A stretch of DNA of 64,000 nucleotides from a virus. The notes beneath the pieces are model-generated. The model had not been told where the DNA came from, searched no databases, and was given only the letters and a program-made list of their open reading frames with translations. Made by a program: the position numbers and the translations under genes. Location: positions 96,001 through 160,000 of IMG/VR virus record IMGVR_UViG_3300035099_000047; one strand, 5' to 3'. Shown in pieces: positions 48,444-57,346 of this stretch; position 1 is the stretch's first letter; each line of letters opens with the position of its first letter.

Positions 48444-48911
48444 TCAAGATTGATCCTTGTGAGATAACTGATGCTCTACATTAAGATGTGCCCGTTCAGC
48501 ATCTTGATGTGCCCGTTCAGCTTCCTTCGCGGCAGTTGCCTCCATGAAGGTTTGAGACTTAGCACAGTGGGCTACTGTTTCTCTGAGCACAGTTTGTAGG
48601 TTCTCATGGTCTTCATGTCGAACCTGTTCCCATCCATCCCATCGGTCGGTAATCCGATCCAAAAGTTTTTCAAAGCTCGTCTGTTGTCTTTCCAAAAATT
48701 TACCGAACGCAACTTGCTGTTCTTGGTTTTGTCGCCGCATAGCCGGAATTTCAACACGAAGCAGCCAGGCGAACGCAGCAATCAAAGCCCCCAATGCTGA
48801 AAGTTCCGACACCACCTTTACCCAAGACCAGGCAGATAACTCGCTAGCTAAATTATCGGACACTGCAAGCAGACCAAAACCAACCAGGAACAAGACTACA
48901 GTTCGCATCAT
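48444..48911 (-). CDS. Membrane protein with coiled coil (holin-like candidate)
   Basis: Two hydrophobic segments then a coiled coil; GGAGG SD. Confidence 0.5.
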   Translation of the reverse strand: MMRTVVLFLVGFGLLAVSDNLASELSAWSWVKVVSELSALGALIAAFAWLLRVEIPAMRRQNQEQQVAFGKFLERQQTSFEKLLDRITDRWDGWEQVRHEDHENLQTVLRETVAHCAKSQTFMEATAAKEAERAHQDAERAHLNVEHQLSHKDQS

Positions 48912-49006
48912 TTTGCCTCCATAAAGTTGAAAATCCGGGGCGAGTCCGGCAGATGGCCTCGTGAATAACAGGCATCTTCACTTTGGGGGATTGCTGATTT
49001 CTGCTT

Positions 49007-49474
49007 TCATCTCTTTCTATGATTACCTATCCATGCTCTCAACCGTTTTTCATCCATTCCTCCCACCTCACGACCAATAAGCCTATCACCCCGAAGCAAC
49101 AGCAAAGTGGGATACGCTCGCACCTCATAATAGTTCACCCAAGGCTGGTTGGCCTGAGACTCTGCATCTATCCACCAAGCTTCCCAACCAAGCCGGTTGC
49201 GCTTTGGAGCTATCCGCTCCACAACTGTCCACAGTGCATGGCACGGCCCACACCATTCAGCCCCTACAATGTAGAGAACAAAGGGAGCTTCAGATTTGGA
49301 GCCCTTATTCGGGGAAGGAACCCCAGAAACAGGAACAGACGGGGCACAAACCTTGCAAGGGCCCAACCTGTCTCACGGCATGCCAAACACCGGGCCTGGC
49401 CAAAACACACAAAGTACAAATATGCACATCAGTATGCACAACAACAGAAACAAATTGAGCTTGTGTTTACACAT
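49007..49474 (-). CDS. Thioredoxin-family protein; signal peptide separated from the domain by an in-frame TGA (49373-49375)
   Basis: WCGPC, YPT; ATG 49474 MCKHKLNLFLLLCILMCIFVLCVFWPGPVFGMP*DRLGPC in the same frame. Confidence 0.8.
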
Positions 49475-49533
49475 AATCACCAATCTCCTTTCATCCCTAA
49501 AAGGTTTAATGCACAAATCGAGGGTATTCGCTA

Positions 49534-51090
49534 CTAACAAGCCAATGTTACATTGTTGTTTACAGTACGGGGCCTCTCCAGTCTAGCACCCTTCATCATC
49601 AACACCGCTTGAGCATCGTCTGGAGTGCCTCGCTGACTACCGTGTCCTTCTGGCATCTTGAAGAAGCCATTATCTCCATAATCAGCTCCCCAGCTGTTGC
49701 GAAAGATTCCATACACCTTGCCGTTGCTATCAATGTCTACCCCCACCATTATGATTGCGTGTCCCCACCAATCAAAACTGACGGCACACGTGCCTCCCAG
49801 AAGATTGACGGTTACACACTCAGCAAATATGTCCCCAGTGGAACCCAAATCCGCAATCACACTGGAGATCATGTGACGAGGGTAATCAGCTTTGACCTCG
49901 GGCTTGCTTGCATAAGACCGATTCAAGGCATTCTCAGGCCAATACTTGGTGCCTACAGCACCAGTTTGCTGGATGAATCGCACAGCATCCGCTGGCCAAC
50001 CTCCCTCATTCTGGTAATTAGTCAGCGGGCCTCCAACACTCACAGCGCTCAACTCATAAATACCCATTCCCATGGTATACCATTGAGTTTGGGCTGAGTT
50101 CTTAGCACTGTGCACCCAGCAATATCCGAGACCGTTTTGGTCTGAGCATGGCACCTCACCATAGGTCAGGGGCATGACTCCTGCATTGGCCTTTTTCAAC
50201 GCAGCTAACCGGGCAGGCCACTCTTTGCGGGGTATCACATCAACCCCAGCAGCCTTCAAAGTAACCATACCCGGGGCGGCACCATAGGGGTACTTTTTCT
50301 TGTCACGTGGTTTGGCTGTGAAGTATCTCCACTGACCGTTCACTAAAGCTTTCCTACCATCTCCCAAAAATTCCTTCCATTGTTCAGCAGTGAACACCGG
50401 AGGATTACAGACCGGGGCCTTGGGAAGCGTAAACGTTGCACCCGAGAAATCGGCCACCGCCTTCATAGCTGCAGCAGTGTCAGCAGGCAAATCCACCACC
50501 GATTGTTTATCCCCCAACTTCATTACCATCACACACTTATCTGCCGGGGCGGCATCAAACATGGCCTTCCAATTGGCATCAGCTGCTCCAACCCCCACAT
50601 TTTTGGTGAAGATACGCAGTTCAGCCTTGGCCGTATCCAAGTAATCTCGGAAAGTGCGGCTGGTGAGAATGGCTGCTTGGTCCGGCGTCAGCTGGCGGGT
50701 GCTACGCACGTCAGGCCCACTCAACAACAACCTCAACCCCGTAACTGGCGGCGGAGGCGGCGGAGGCGGAGGCGGCGGGGGAGGAGGTGGAGGAGGGACT
50801 GGCTTCTTAACTGTCACTGTAGCACTCACAGGGCCAGTTTGCCTGCGCTTACCCTTAACCACTAGGGTTTTAGTAGTGGTTGTTTGAACCACTTGAGTCA
50901 CGCTACCAGAGGGATCCACTTGTTCATTGTCCAAAAACGCCACGCCATTGGCTGTAACCCAAGACCATGTGGCTTTTCCTCCAGCAGCAACTTCAGCTGG
51001 ATCCACTGAAAAGCTGAGGATCTTCGGTCGATTCCACGGCCACAATAACCCTACAGCCAACACAGACACCACCGAAACATAACGTCTCAT
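49534..51090 (-). CDS. Secreted papain-like (C1) cysteine peptidase with Ig-like domain and poly-Pro linker
   Basis: Signal peptide; about 16 consecutive Pro; DQNGLGYCW, WWGHAI, RNSWG. Confidence 0.9.
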   Translation of the reverse strand: MRRYVSVVSVLAVGLLWPWNRPKILSFSVDPAEVAAGGKATWSWVTANGVAFLDNEQVDPSGSVTQVVQTTTTKTLVVKGKRRQTGPVSATVTVKKPVPPPPPPPPPPPPPPPPPVTGLRLLLSGPDVRSTRQLTPDQAAILTSRTFRDYLDTAKAELRIFTKNVGVGAADANWKAMFDAAPADKCVMVMKLGDKQSVVDLPADTAAAMKAVADFSGATFTLPKAPVCNPPVFTAEQWKEFLGDGRKALVNGQWRYFTAKPRDKKKYPYGAAPGMVTLKAAGVDVIPRKEWPARLAALKKANAGVMPLTYGEVPCSDQNGLGYCWVHSAKNSAQTQWYTMGMGIYELSAVSVGGPLTNYQNEGGWPADAVRFIQQTGAVGTKYWPENALNRSYASKPEVKADYPRHMISSVIADLGSTGDIFAECVTVNLLGGTCAVSFDWWGHAIIMVGVDIDSNGKVYGIFRNSWGADYGDNGFFKMPEGHGSQRGTPDDAQAVLMMKGARLERPRTVNNNVTLAC

Positions 51091-51102
51091 GGTTTCTTCT
51101 CC

Positions 51103-51615
51103 TTACTTAGTTAAAGTGGAATTGAACTCAACCAAGGCCAACTGCCTCAGTTTACTAGCACTAATTTGCCAAGGCACCACATCCATGAAATGCTTATCCA
51201 TTTGACAAGCTTCTACCACACTCTCTGAGCAGTATTCCTTACCCTCTACCTGCTTTCCAAACAAATATCCTCGCCAATTGTACCCATCGTTCAAATGACC
51301 TTCGTACCAACTGTGAACAACATCCTCATGAGACTTCGTCAAGTGAGTTTCCACCCAGTCGTAATACTCTGGATGAGCCAAGCGGACAAACTGCACCCCT
51401 CCCCTCGGCAGGCTGGTACCACAACTGCCGTCCCCAAATCCACAAACCGAATGCACATACTTTTCTTTGCTCATGAATCCAAAAACAACTTGCTTAGTTT
51501 CTTCATGAGTCATTCCCTCTACAGTCAACAACTCCTCCATTTGGTAGACAAACAGATTGGAATGCTTCTTGCGCAAAAAACCCAGCCGCAAGCCCATAAC
51601 CTTCACCTTAACCAA
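51103..51615 (-). CDS. Permuted papain-like NlpC/P60 (YiiX-like) protein
   Basis: YVHS...YNW...YCSE (His precedes Cys). Confidence 0.6.
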   Translation of the reverse strand: MVKVKVMGLRLGFLRKKHSNLFVYQMEELLTVEGMTHEETKQVVFGFMSKEKYVHSVCGFGDGSCGTSLPRGGVQFVRLAHPEYYDWVETHLTKSHEDVVHSWYEGHLNDGYNWRGYLFGKQVEGKEYCSESVVEACQMDKHFMDVVPWQISASKLRQLALVEFNSTLTK

Positions 51616-51916
51616 ACAAACTCAGTATGATAGGCAGCAGCACTATCATCAACTGAATCAGCAAGTCCAACGTTGCAGGGTCTATCTTCATAGAACCTGC
51701 GGTTGCTTGGACGTCAAAGCGGTTAGAAACCAACGTCGCCACAAAACTCTTAACAAATGCTGCATCCAACCCGCTGTCGTTGATAGCATCTTGACACTTA
51801 TCAAGCACCCGTTCCAACTGCTCTCCTTTTTGGAGTCGATCAAACAACCTACCGAACAAATCCCGGGACTCTTCAATCTCACTCATTCCAATTCTCCTAT
51901 TTTGTAAGGGGTCCAT
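51608..51916 (-). CDS. Small protein with a C-terminal hydrophobic helix
   Basis: IDPATLDLLIQLMIVLLPIILSLFG. Confidence 0.6.
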   Translation of the reverse strand: MDPLQNRRIGMSEIEESRDLFGRLFDRLQKGEQLERVLDKCQDAINDSGLDAAFVKSFVATLVSNRFDVQATAGSMKIDPATLDLLIQLMIVLLPIILSLFG

Positions 51917-52545
51917 AAGTATTCGGCCATCCTGTCGTCTGCAAATCCGCGAAACCTTGGCAATCCACTAGCCGGAAACACCAAATAATTCCACTCACTA
52001 AACGGTATCATGCCACTGGTTTTATAAGCCCAATAACCAGCTTCACTGCAAGTACGAGGCACTTCCTGCTTGTCATCCTGATTGGGTATGGGATCAATCA
52101 CCTTGCCAGTGGCTATTGCTAACAGGTCATGAGTAATATGGCTTTCAGGATAGTCTTGACCACAAAAGTGATTCATCTGCCACCAGGCTTTATCAAAATC
52201 AATCGAGCCCATTTCTGGTCGCAATCGGTAGATGTCCACACAGCTCGTGGGTTGTCCATCCACCACCGAAGTCAAATTGCGCACTCGGAAGCGCAGAGAG
52301 GTCAAACGGCTATCTGGTGTATAGCTCTCCCCCAACATCAAGGAATCATAGTCGTGATTTTTATGGGCCAAATTCCAACCAAGCATGAAGAAATGACTGT
52401 AATCACTCTTTGTCCAATACTGCACACTACCTCCAACGCTCAAGGCATCTTCCGAATGCTGCAAACCAAACCAACCGGTCTCAACCAGAGGCCTAAAATC
52501 CTCGTAAGATATCAACTTCAGTTCTTTTGGTCGCCGGCCTGTCAT
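51883..52545 (-). CDS. Permuted papain-like NlpC/P60 (YiiX-like) protein
   Basis: TKSDYSH...ES...IYRL...GQDY...TCSE. Confidence 0.7.
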   Translation of the reverse strand: MTGRRPKELKLISYEDFRPLVETGWFGLQHSEDALSVGGSVQYWTKSDYSHFFMLGWNLAHKNHDYDSLMLGESYTPDSRLTSLRFRVRNLTSVVDGQPTSCVDIYRLRPEMGSIDFDKAWWQMNHFCGQDYPESHITHDLLAIATGKVIDPIPNQDDKQEVPRTCSEAGYWAYKTSGMIPFSEWNYLVFPASGLPRFRGFADDRMAEYLWTPYKIGELE

Positions 52546-52589
52546 TCACAAACTCCAATAAACAATCCCGCCTCCTTAAACGCCCATGT

Positions 52590-53024
52590 TCAACCATCCC
52601 CACCAACAAGCTTCTCAATCGCAGCCAAAGCAGCCCGGTAAGCTTGCTTTGGTTTCTTAAAATCCTTGGGGCGCAAGGTGACTGCCTTATCATCTACATA
52701 AGCACTGGCAGCTGGCTTGCCTGGACCAGAATGAATTTCATGATACTTGAGACCATGCGAGTCGAAGAACTTAGCCATGCGAGCTTTGCTAACTTCTGGA
52801 TCACCATTCAGACTACTAGTACGAGTGGAATGCAAACATATATCTGCAATCTCACTCAACTCTCTAAGAAAGTCTGCAGCTCCTTCAAATGGTTCACCAA
52901 AGTGTTCTGAACCTTGCCAACCATCATATTGCAAAATAGTATCATCAACGTCGATACATACCCGTTTACGCTTGGGTTTGCCCGTGAGCATCAAAGCATT
53001 GACTGCATCGGAAAATTCACCCAT
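52590..53024 (-). CDS. HAD-family phosphatase with degenerate leader
   Basis: CIDVDDTI, STR, GKP...YVDDKA; MGEFSDAVNAL. Confidence 0.85.
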   Translation of the reverse strand: MGEFSDAVNALMLTGKPKRKRVCIDVDDTILQYDGWQGSEHFGEPFEGAADFLRELSEIADICLHSTRTSSLNGDPEVSKARMAKFFDSHGLKYHEIHSGPGKPAASAYVDDKAVTLRPKDFKKPKQAYRAALAAIEKLVGGDG

Positions 53025-53520
53025 CTTGTGTCACCAACATTCCCACGCCTTCGTTAGTGTATATCTCCAAAAGAGTGGAGTGCTTAACGCTTCCATCAAT
53101 CAAATGAACTTTGTCAACCAAACCCTGCTCCAACAATTGCATAGCCGGGGCCAATCGGGAAGCCAAATCACTATTTATCTGGTGAGAATCCACCATAACC
53201 TTGAATTCATTCAAACTCATTGATCCGAACCCTATTGGATCGAGTGTACCCAACAACACCACCAACTTGTCAAGGTGCAACCCCTCTACCACCCGCTTCA
53301 AGTACCTTTGACATTCCCCCCGAATCAATGTGGTCTTGACTCCCAACATCTCCAGCATCATGATGTCTTGCATCAAGGTGCTGGACCCTTCACCTTCTTC
53401 GGTCAGGCTTTCATCCACTATAACCCCCAAATGGGAGCCTCGGTGAGTGCGAATCCAATACAAGCTTTCAATCAGAATGTCAGCTTTAAGCTGTGCATCG
53501 CTGATTTCTGCTATCTCCAT
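53017..53520 (-). CDS. Degenerate acetylglutamate-kinase (ArgB)-like protein
   Basis: KADILIESLYWIR...QDIMMLEMLGVK...KVHLIDGSVKHSTLLEIYTNEGVG; only 167 aa, lacks K-x-G-G and HGGG. Confidence 0.7.
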   Translation of the reverse strand: MEIAEISDAQLKADILIESLYWIRTHRGSHLGVIVDESLTEEGEGSSTLMQDIMMLEMLGVKTTLIRGECQRYLKRVVEGLHLDKLVVLLGTLDPIGFGSMSLNEFKVMVDSHQINSDLASRLAPAMQLLEQGLVDKVHLIDGSVKHSTLLEIYTNEGVGMLVTQDG

Positions 53521-54092
53521 ATTTCATCCAATAAGTCATTGATCAAACTGATTTGGTGCTTGTTGAAATGCCACCGCTTGTTTATGTTCTTATCAGCCCA
53601 ATCATAAGGATCAGTGCCTCTTTCTTCTGCCACTGCACACCAATCACAAACCATTTCTGCAATGTCCAAGTCAGGCATGGCCGTTGCATCCACCATCCTA
53701 CTGGGCTTGTCTCGATCTGTTTTACTAATACCAGTTTCTCCCGCAAAGAACTCAGCATGATGGCGGTTGTGAAGCACGTGATGGTCAGTGGCTTGGCGCA
53801 TCTGCTCTTCCATATCTTCATCAGGCTCGTACGGTTTGCCCAACCTCTTCATACGATACTGCCAGGTTATATGGATGTATGGGGTCCTTTCGGGCTCTTC
53901 AAACTTGCTTCGGTCATGAATACGGGATCGTTCCAAAATGCCAGCAAATCGTTCCGGGTCATATTCATACACCCGATGGCAATACTTACGCACTCGCTCA
54001 ATGTGCTCGCGAGTGCGATGTTCAAACCAATCTTCCATTTCCTTGGAAACTTCCTCAACCAGCAGATTCACCATTTGTTCAAACCCCATCAT
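53511..54092 (-). CDS. Leader-tagged HD-like metal-binding protein (DUF5662-like)
   Basis: MMGFEQMVNLLVE; H...HDRSK...HHVLHNRHH...EMVCDW. Confidence 0.8.
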   Translation of the reverse strand: MMGFEQMVNLLVEEVSKEMEDWFEHRTREHIERVRKYCHRVYEYDPERFAGILERSRIHDRSKFEEPERTPYIHITWQYRMKRLGKPYEPDEDMEEQMRQATDHHVLHNRHHAEFFAGETGISKTDRDKPSRMVDATAMPDLDIAEMVCDWCAVAEERGTDPYDWADKNINKRWHFNKHQISLINDLLDEIWR

Positions 54093-54502
54093 TTCAACCC
54101 TACCAAATAATCTGCAAACACTTCATTGCACAAAGCTCCTGGCCTGCGTTCACGAATGTAATCAATTAGGGCTTGACCTTTTGCTATTCCCAATTTGAAC
54201 AAAATCACACCTGAGACCAAAGACGCTCGATTTATCCCAACAGCACAATGAACCAACACTTTTTTATTTCCATTAACCAAACCCATACCCAAATTGCCTA
54301 CCGCCTGGAGCATCACCAAATTGGGCAACTCATCATGATCTTCAATTGGCCAAAACAAATAACCTTGCCAATCACCTGCACCCGTGTCGATACCTCCCTC
54401 CAAATCTATTATTAAATCCAACTTTAGATCATTCACACGTTGTGGTTCATCTATTGCAGATGACTGCCACAAGTGACCTAGCACCATCTCAAAAACTTCC
54501 AT
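54089..54502 (-). CDS. Dual-specificity (CX5R) phosphatase
   Basis: PIED...VLVHCAVGINRAS. Confidence 0.92.
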   Translation of the reverse strand: MEVFEMVLGHLWQSSAIDEPQRVNDLKLDLIIDLEGGIDTGAGDWQGYLFWPIEDHDELPNLVMLQAVGNLGMGLVNGNKKVLVHCAVGINRASLVSGVILFKLGIAKGQALIDYIRERRPGALCNEVFADYLVGLK

Positions 54503-54777
54503 TAAACCACCATTTCGTATGGCGAAAATGAATCGACAGCTCTCATCTTCTGAGCACTTTTAATAGCTTGAATGCGGCTCCTGTATAGACGAGCATGCTC
54601 CTTCTTGAACGTGACTCCAAACCGACCAGGCTCTTCATCACCAGCAGCACTTACATAGCGATATGGTTCATCTGCTGACCTCAAAACCCACACCTTGCTC
54701 TTAATCTGGTCGAGATCCTGCTCGTCTTCCATTCCTTGCTCAACCAGTTGATTTACTGCTTGCTCAAATTGTCCCAT
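54502..54777 (-). CDS. Leader-tagged small protein
   Basis: MGQFEQAVNQLVE. Confidence 0.75.
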   Translation of the reverse strand: MGQFEQAVNQLVEQGMEDEQDLDQIKSKVWVLRSADEPYRYVSAAGDEEPGRFGVTFKKEHARLYRSRIQAIKSAQKMRAVDSFSPYEMVV

Positions 54778-54789
54778 GATTGTCCCCCT

Positions 54790-56151
54790 TCAAAAGGGAA
54801 TTCCCACCTTTTCCCCTTGCTTAATTTGTTCATCCGCCTTCTCAAATGCGTCCAAATCCCAATACACTTCATCACCCGAATCCAACTTCTCTGCAGCATT
54901 GAGGGCCATTGCTTGGGCGCTTTTGATTAATGGTCCCCAACCAACAGCTCCACCTACAATAGTTTCCTGTTCGCCTGGCAAGGGCAAATAATAGTATTGG
55001 TGATCCAAGCAGGCAAGATTACGAAACTTCAAGTTGCGGGTCAAATCAGGTGGAAAATCCAAAGGCAACGGATCGGTGACAGTTTCACGAGCCTTGAGCA
55101 CCAATTGGGCCCAATAAGTAGCCCTCGGGCGAGGTTCCAATTCCTCCCCTTCAGCCACAGCCATCATCAATGGACCCATATTCAAATAAGCTTCGCTTAG
55201 CACTTCGCCTGGAGGTGAACCAAAGCGCATGCACGGATCTATGAAATATCTCTTGGAACCATCTTTGCTCACCCGCAGTTCAATACTCAATGCACCACGC
55301 ACCAGGTAATGATGATACACAGGTAAGAACTTGTCCATCACCACTTTCAGTGCCTTGGGTACCTCGTCCAAATCACAAACCAACCCACAATAGGCCGAAT
55401 TTTTGATCTCGTACCCATACATCCCTCGGGGCAAATAACCAGTCTTGGTAAAGAACCACTCACAGCCTATTTCAACCGAACTCTCTAATGGATCTTCAAC
55501 AATGAATTCCACCGATTTATCCAACACCCCCAGGGTATGAGCCATTTTGTTTAGTTGAGCCTTGGAGTGCTTGTAATTTTTATGGTAAAACGTTTCACAC
55601 ACTCCACGATACTTGGAAATCTTGATGTATTTGTCTGTTGAGCGTTCCAATTCCTTTCGCAAAGCATCAATTCCCACCACCACTTTATAAGGAGGCACAG
55701 GCAAGCCCACCTGCTTGAGCACTCGACGTAACATGGACCGATCAAATTCCAACACCTCACCCTTGCTGGTACCAAACACGTTGAAACCCCGGCTGCGCAG
55801 GTCTTCTTGGAGATCTGAGTGCCCCACATCCGGAAAGACCACCAAATCGGGCTTGTACTGGTTCAGCGTGTCCCAAAAGCTGGAAACCTTGGTCACTCCA
55901 GGTACACCAGAACCCAAGTGATCCATCACAGGTACTGGCAATGACCCCTCCCACGGGTGAAAATAATAGACATCATCAAAGTGCTCAGCCAATCGCTGAG
56001 CTATGTACAAAAACATCCCGTAATCATAAAGCAATACACTCTTACCTGTGCGAGCATGCCTTTTGAAAGAACGAGCAGGCCGGTCCTGTTCTTCAGGTTC
56101 CGGTGCTTGTTCGTCTAACAATTGATCAACTGCTATGGAGAACGTATCCAA
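54790..56151 (-). CDS. Leader-tagged ATP-grasp ligase (PurD-like)
   Basis: TTG start, DTFSIAVDQLLDE; PDLVVF...VFG...LEFDR...GLPVP...FIVED...E...RFGSP. Confidence 0.75.
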   Translation of the reverse strand: MDTFSIAVDQLLDEQAPEPEEQDRPARSFKRHARTGKSVLLYDYGMFLYIAQRLAEHFDDVYYFHPWEGSLPVPVMDHLGSGVPGVTKVSSFWDTLNQYKPDLVVFPDVGHSDLQEDLRSRGFNVFGTSKGEVLEFDRSMLRRVLKQVGLPVPPYKVVVGIDALRKELERSTDKYIKISKYRGVCETFYHKNYKHSKAQLNKMAHTLGVLDKSVEFIVEDPLESSVEIGCEWFFTKTGYLPRGMYGYEIKNSAYCGLVCDLDEVPKALKVVMDKFLPVYHHYLVRGALSIELRVSKDGSKRYFIDPCMRFGSPPGEVLSEAYLNMGPLMMAVAEGEELEPRPRATYWAQLVLKARETVTDPLPLDFPPDLTRNLKFRNLACLDHQYYYLPLPGEQETIVGGAVGWGPLIKSAQAMALNAAEKLDSGDEVYWDLDAFEKADEQIKQGEKVGIPF

Positions 56152-56155
56152 GGAA

Positions 56156-57340
56156 TTATGCCTTTGCAAAGGGCATTACGCGGTTCAACCGGCCAACTTG
56201 ATGAGCAGCAACGAGCAGTTCATCAGAGGTTGGGTCCGTCCCCGCGCGAGTCGCCCTTGATTCCCCAAGGGCGCGAGCGAGAATCACCTGCGCTGCTGCA
56301 TGGTCACGCTCACACTCGCAACCACACTCGCAAGAGTGCCACCGCTCGGATAGTTCTTTCGGCTTGACTCGACCGCAATTTGGGCAGGTCTGTGAAGTGC
56401 CATGGGGATCGACTGCAACAGCCGACCGCCCGGCCCATTCTGCCTTGACGGAAAGTTGATTGCAGAAGGTTCCCCATGCAGCATCAAGGATGGACTTAGC
56501 AAAGCGCGTTCGAGCCAATCCCTTGATGTTCAAGTTCTCATAAGCAATCAGGTCATACTTTTGGACAAGAATACTCGTATGTTCATGGCAGAAGCATCTC
56601 CGTTGGGCAGCTATACGCTCATGTTGCCTCTGAAGGGCCTTGACCGCCTTGCGGCGTCGTTTGCTTCCCTTTTGCCTCCTTGATACCCGCCGCTGCAAGG
56701 CCCGCAGCTTGTGCGCTGATCTCTGGCCCCATCGTGGGTTATCAATGAAAGTGCCGTCACTGAGGGCTGCAAAGTGAGTCAATCCCAAATCAATTCCAAT
56801 AGCTAACTTGACAGGCCGCATGGTAGGGGGTTGCTGTCCATCGTCTAAAACGATCTGGGCATACCAGCCACTTGCCCGGCGGATGATTCGCAACACCCGC
56901 TGTTGCCCTTCAGGCAAAAGCCGGCCACGGCAGCGGATGCGCCCCATGTTGGGAACGCGGATGCGGTCGCCAACCAGATAGTTTCCAACAGCTGCATATT
57001 CCAACGAGTTGTAACGATGCCGTGATCGGAAACGGGGGAATCCTGGCCTCTCCCCAGTTTTCAAGCGTCGGAAAAATGCCTTCATGCCCAAGTCTACCCG
57101 TCGCACCGCATCCCGCAGAAAGCCAAGCGGCACGGCTCGAATCCAATCCATCCGCCCACGCCACTCAGTCAAGAAAGTGTATTGATTGTAAAGACTGACC
57201 TGCTCCCCTCGCCGCTTGTATGCTTTGATCCGCATCTCCAAGGCTTTGTTGTAAACCCAACAACACACCCCAAGCCAACGGTCCAAAACTTGAACTTGGC
57301 TTTTGTTGGGATACAGCTTGTACTCAAAAGTGCGAATCAT
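56156..57340 (-). mobile_element. tnpB: IS200/IS605-family TnpB RNA-guided nuclease (no TnpA)
   Basis: FEYKLYPN helix-turn-helix, GFPRFR, RuvC GIDLG/YENL/RDHAAA, Zn finger CPNC...CEC. Confidence 0.95.
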
Positions 57341-57346
57341 ACTGCT

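Noticed and set aside
50654-50887. Poly-Gly ORF / GGC-GGA microsatellite
   Set aside because: It is the reverse complement of the poly-Pro linker of the C1 peptidase.
54089-54502. MEVFEMVLGHLW as a leader copy
   Set aside because: It lacks the terminal Glu and overlaps the normal first strand of dual-specificity phosphatases.
54790-56151. Assigning the symbol purD
   Set aside because: The ATP-grasp fold is supported, but the N-terminal GxGGRE motif of true PurD is absent.
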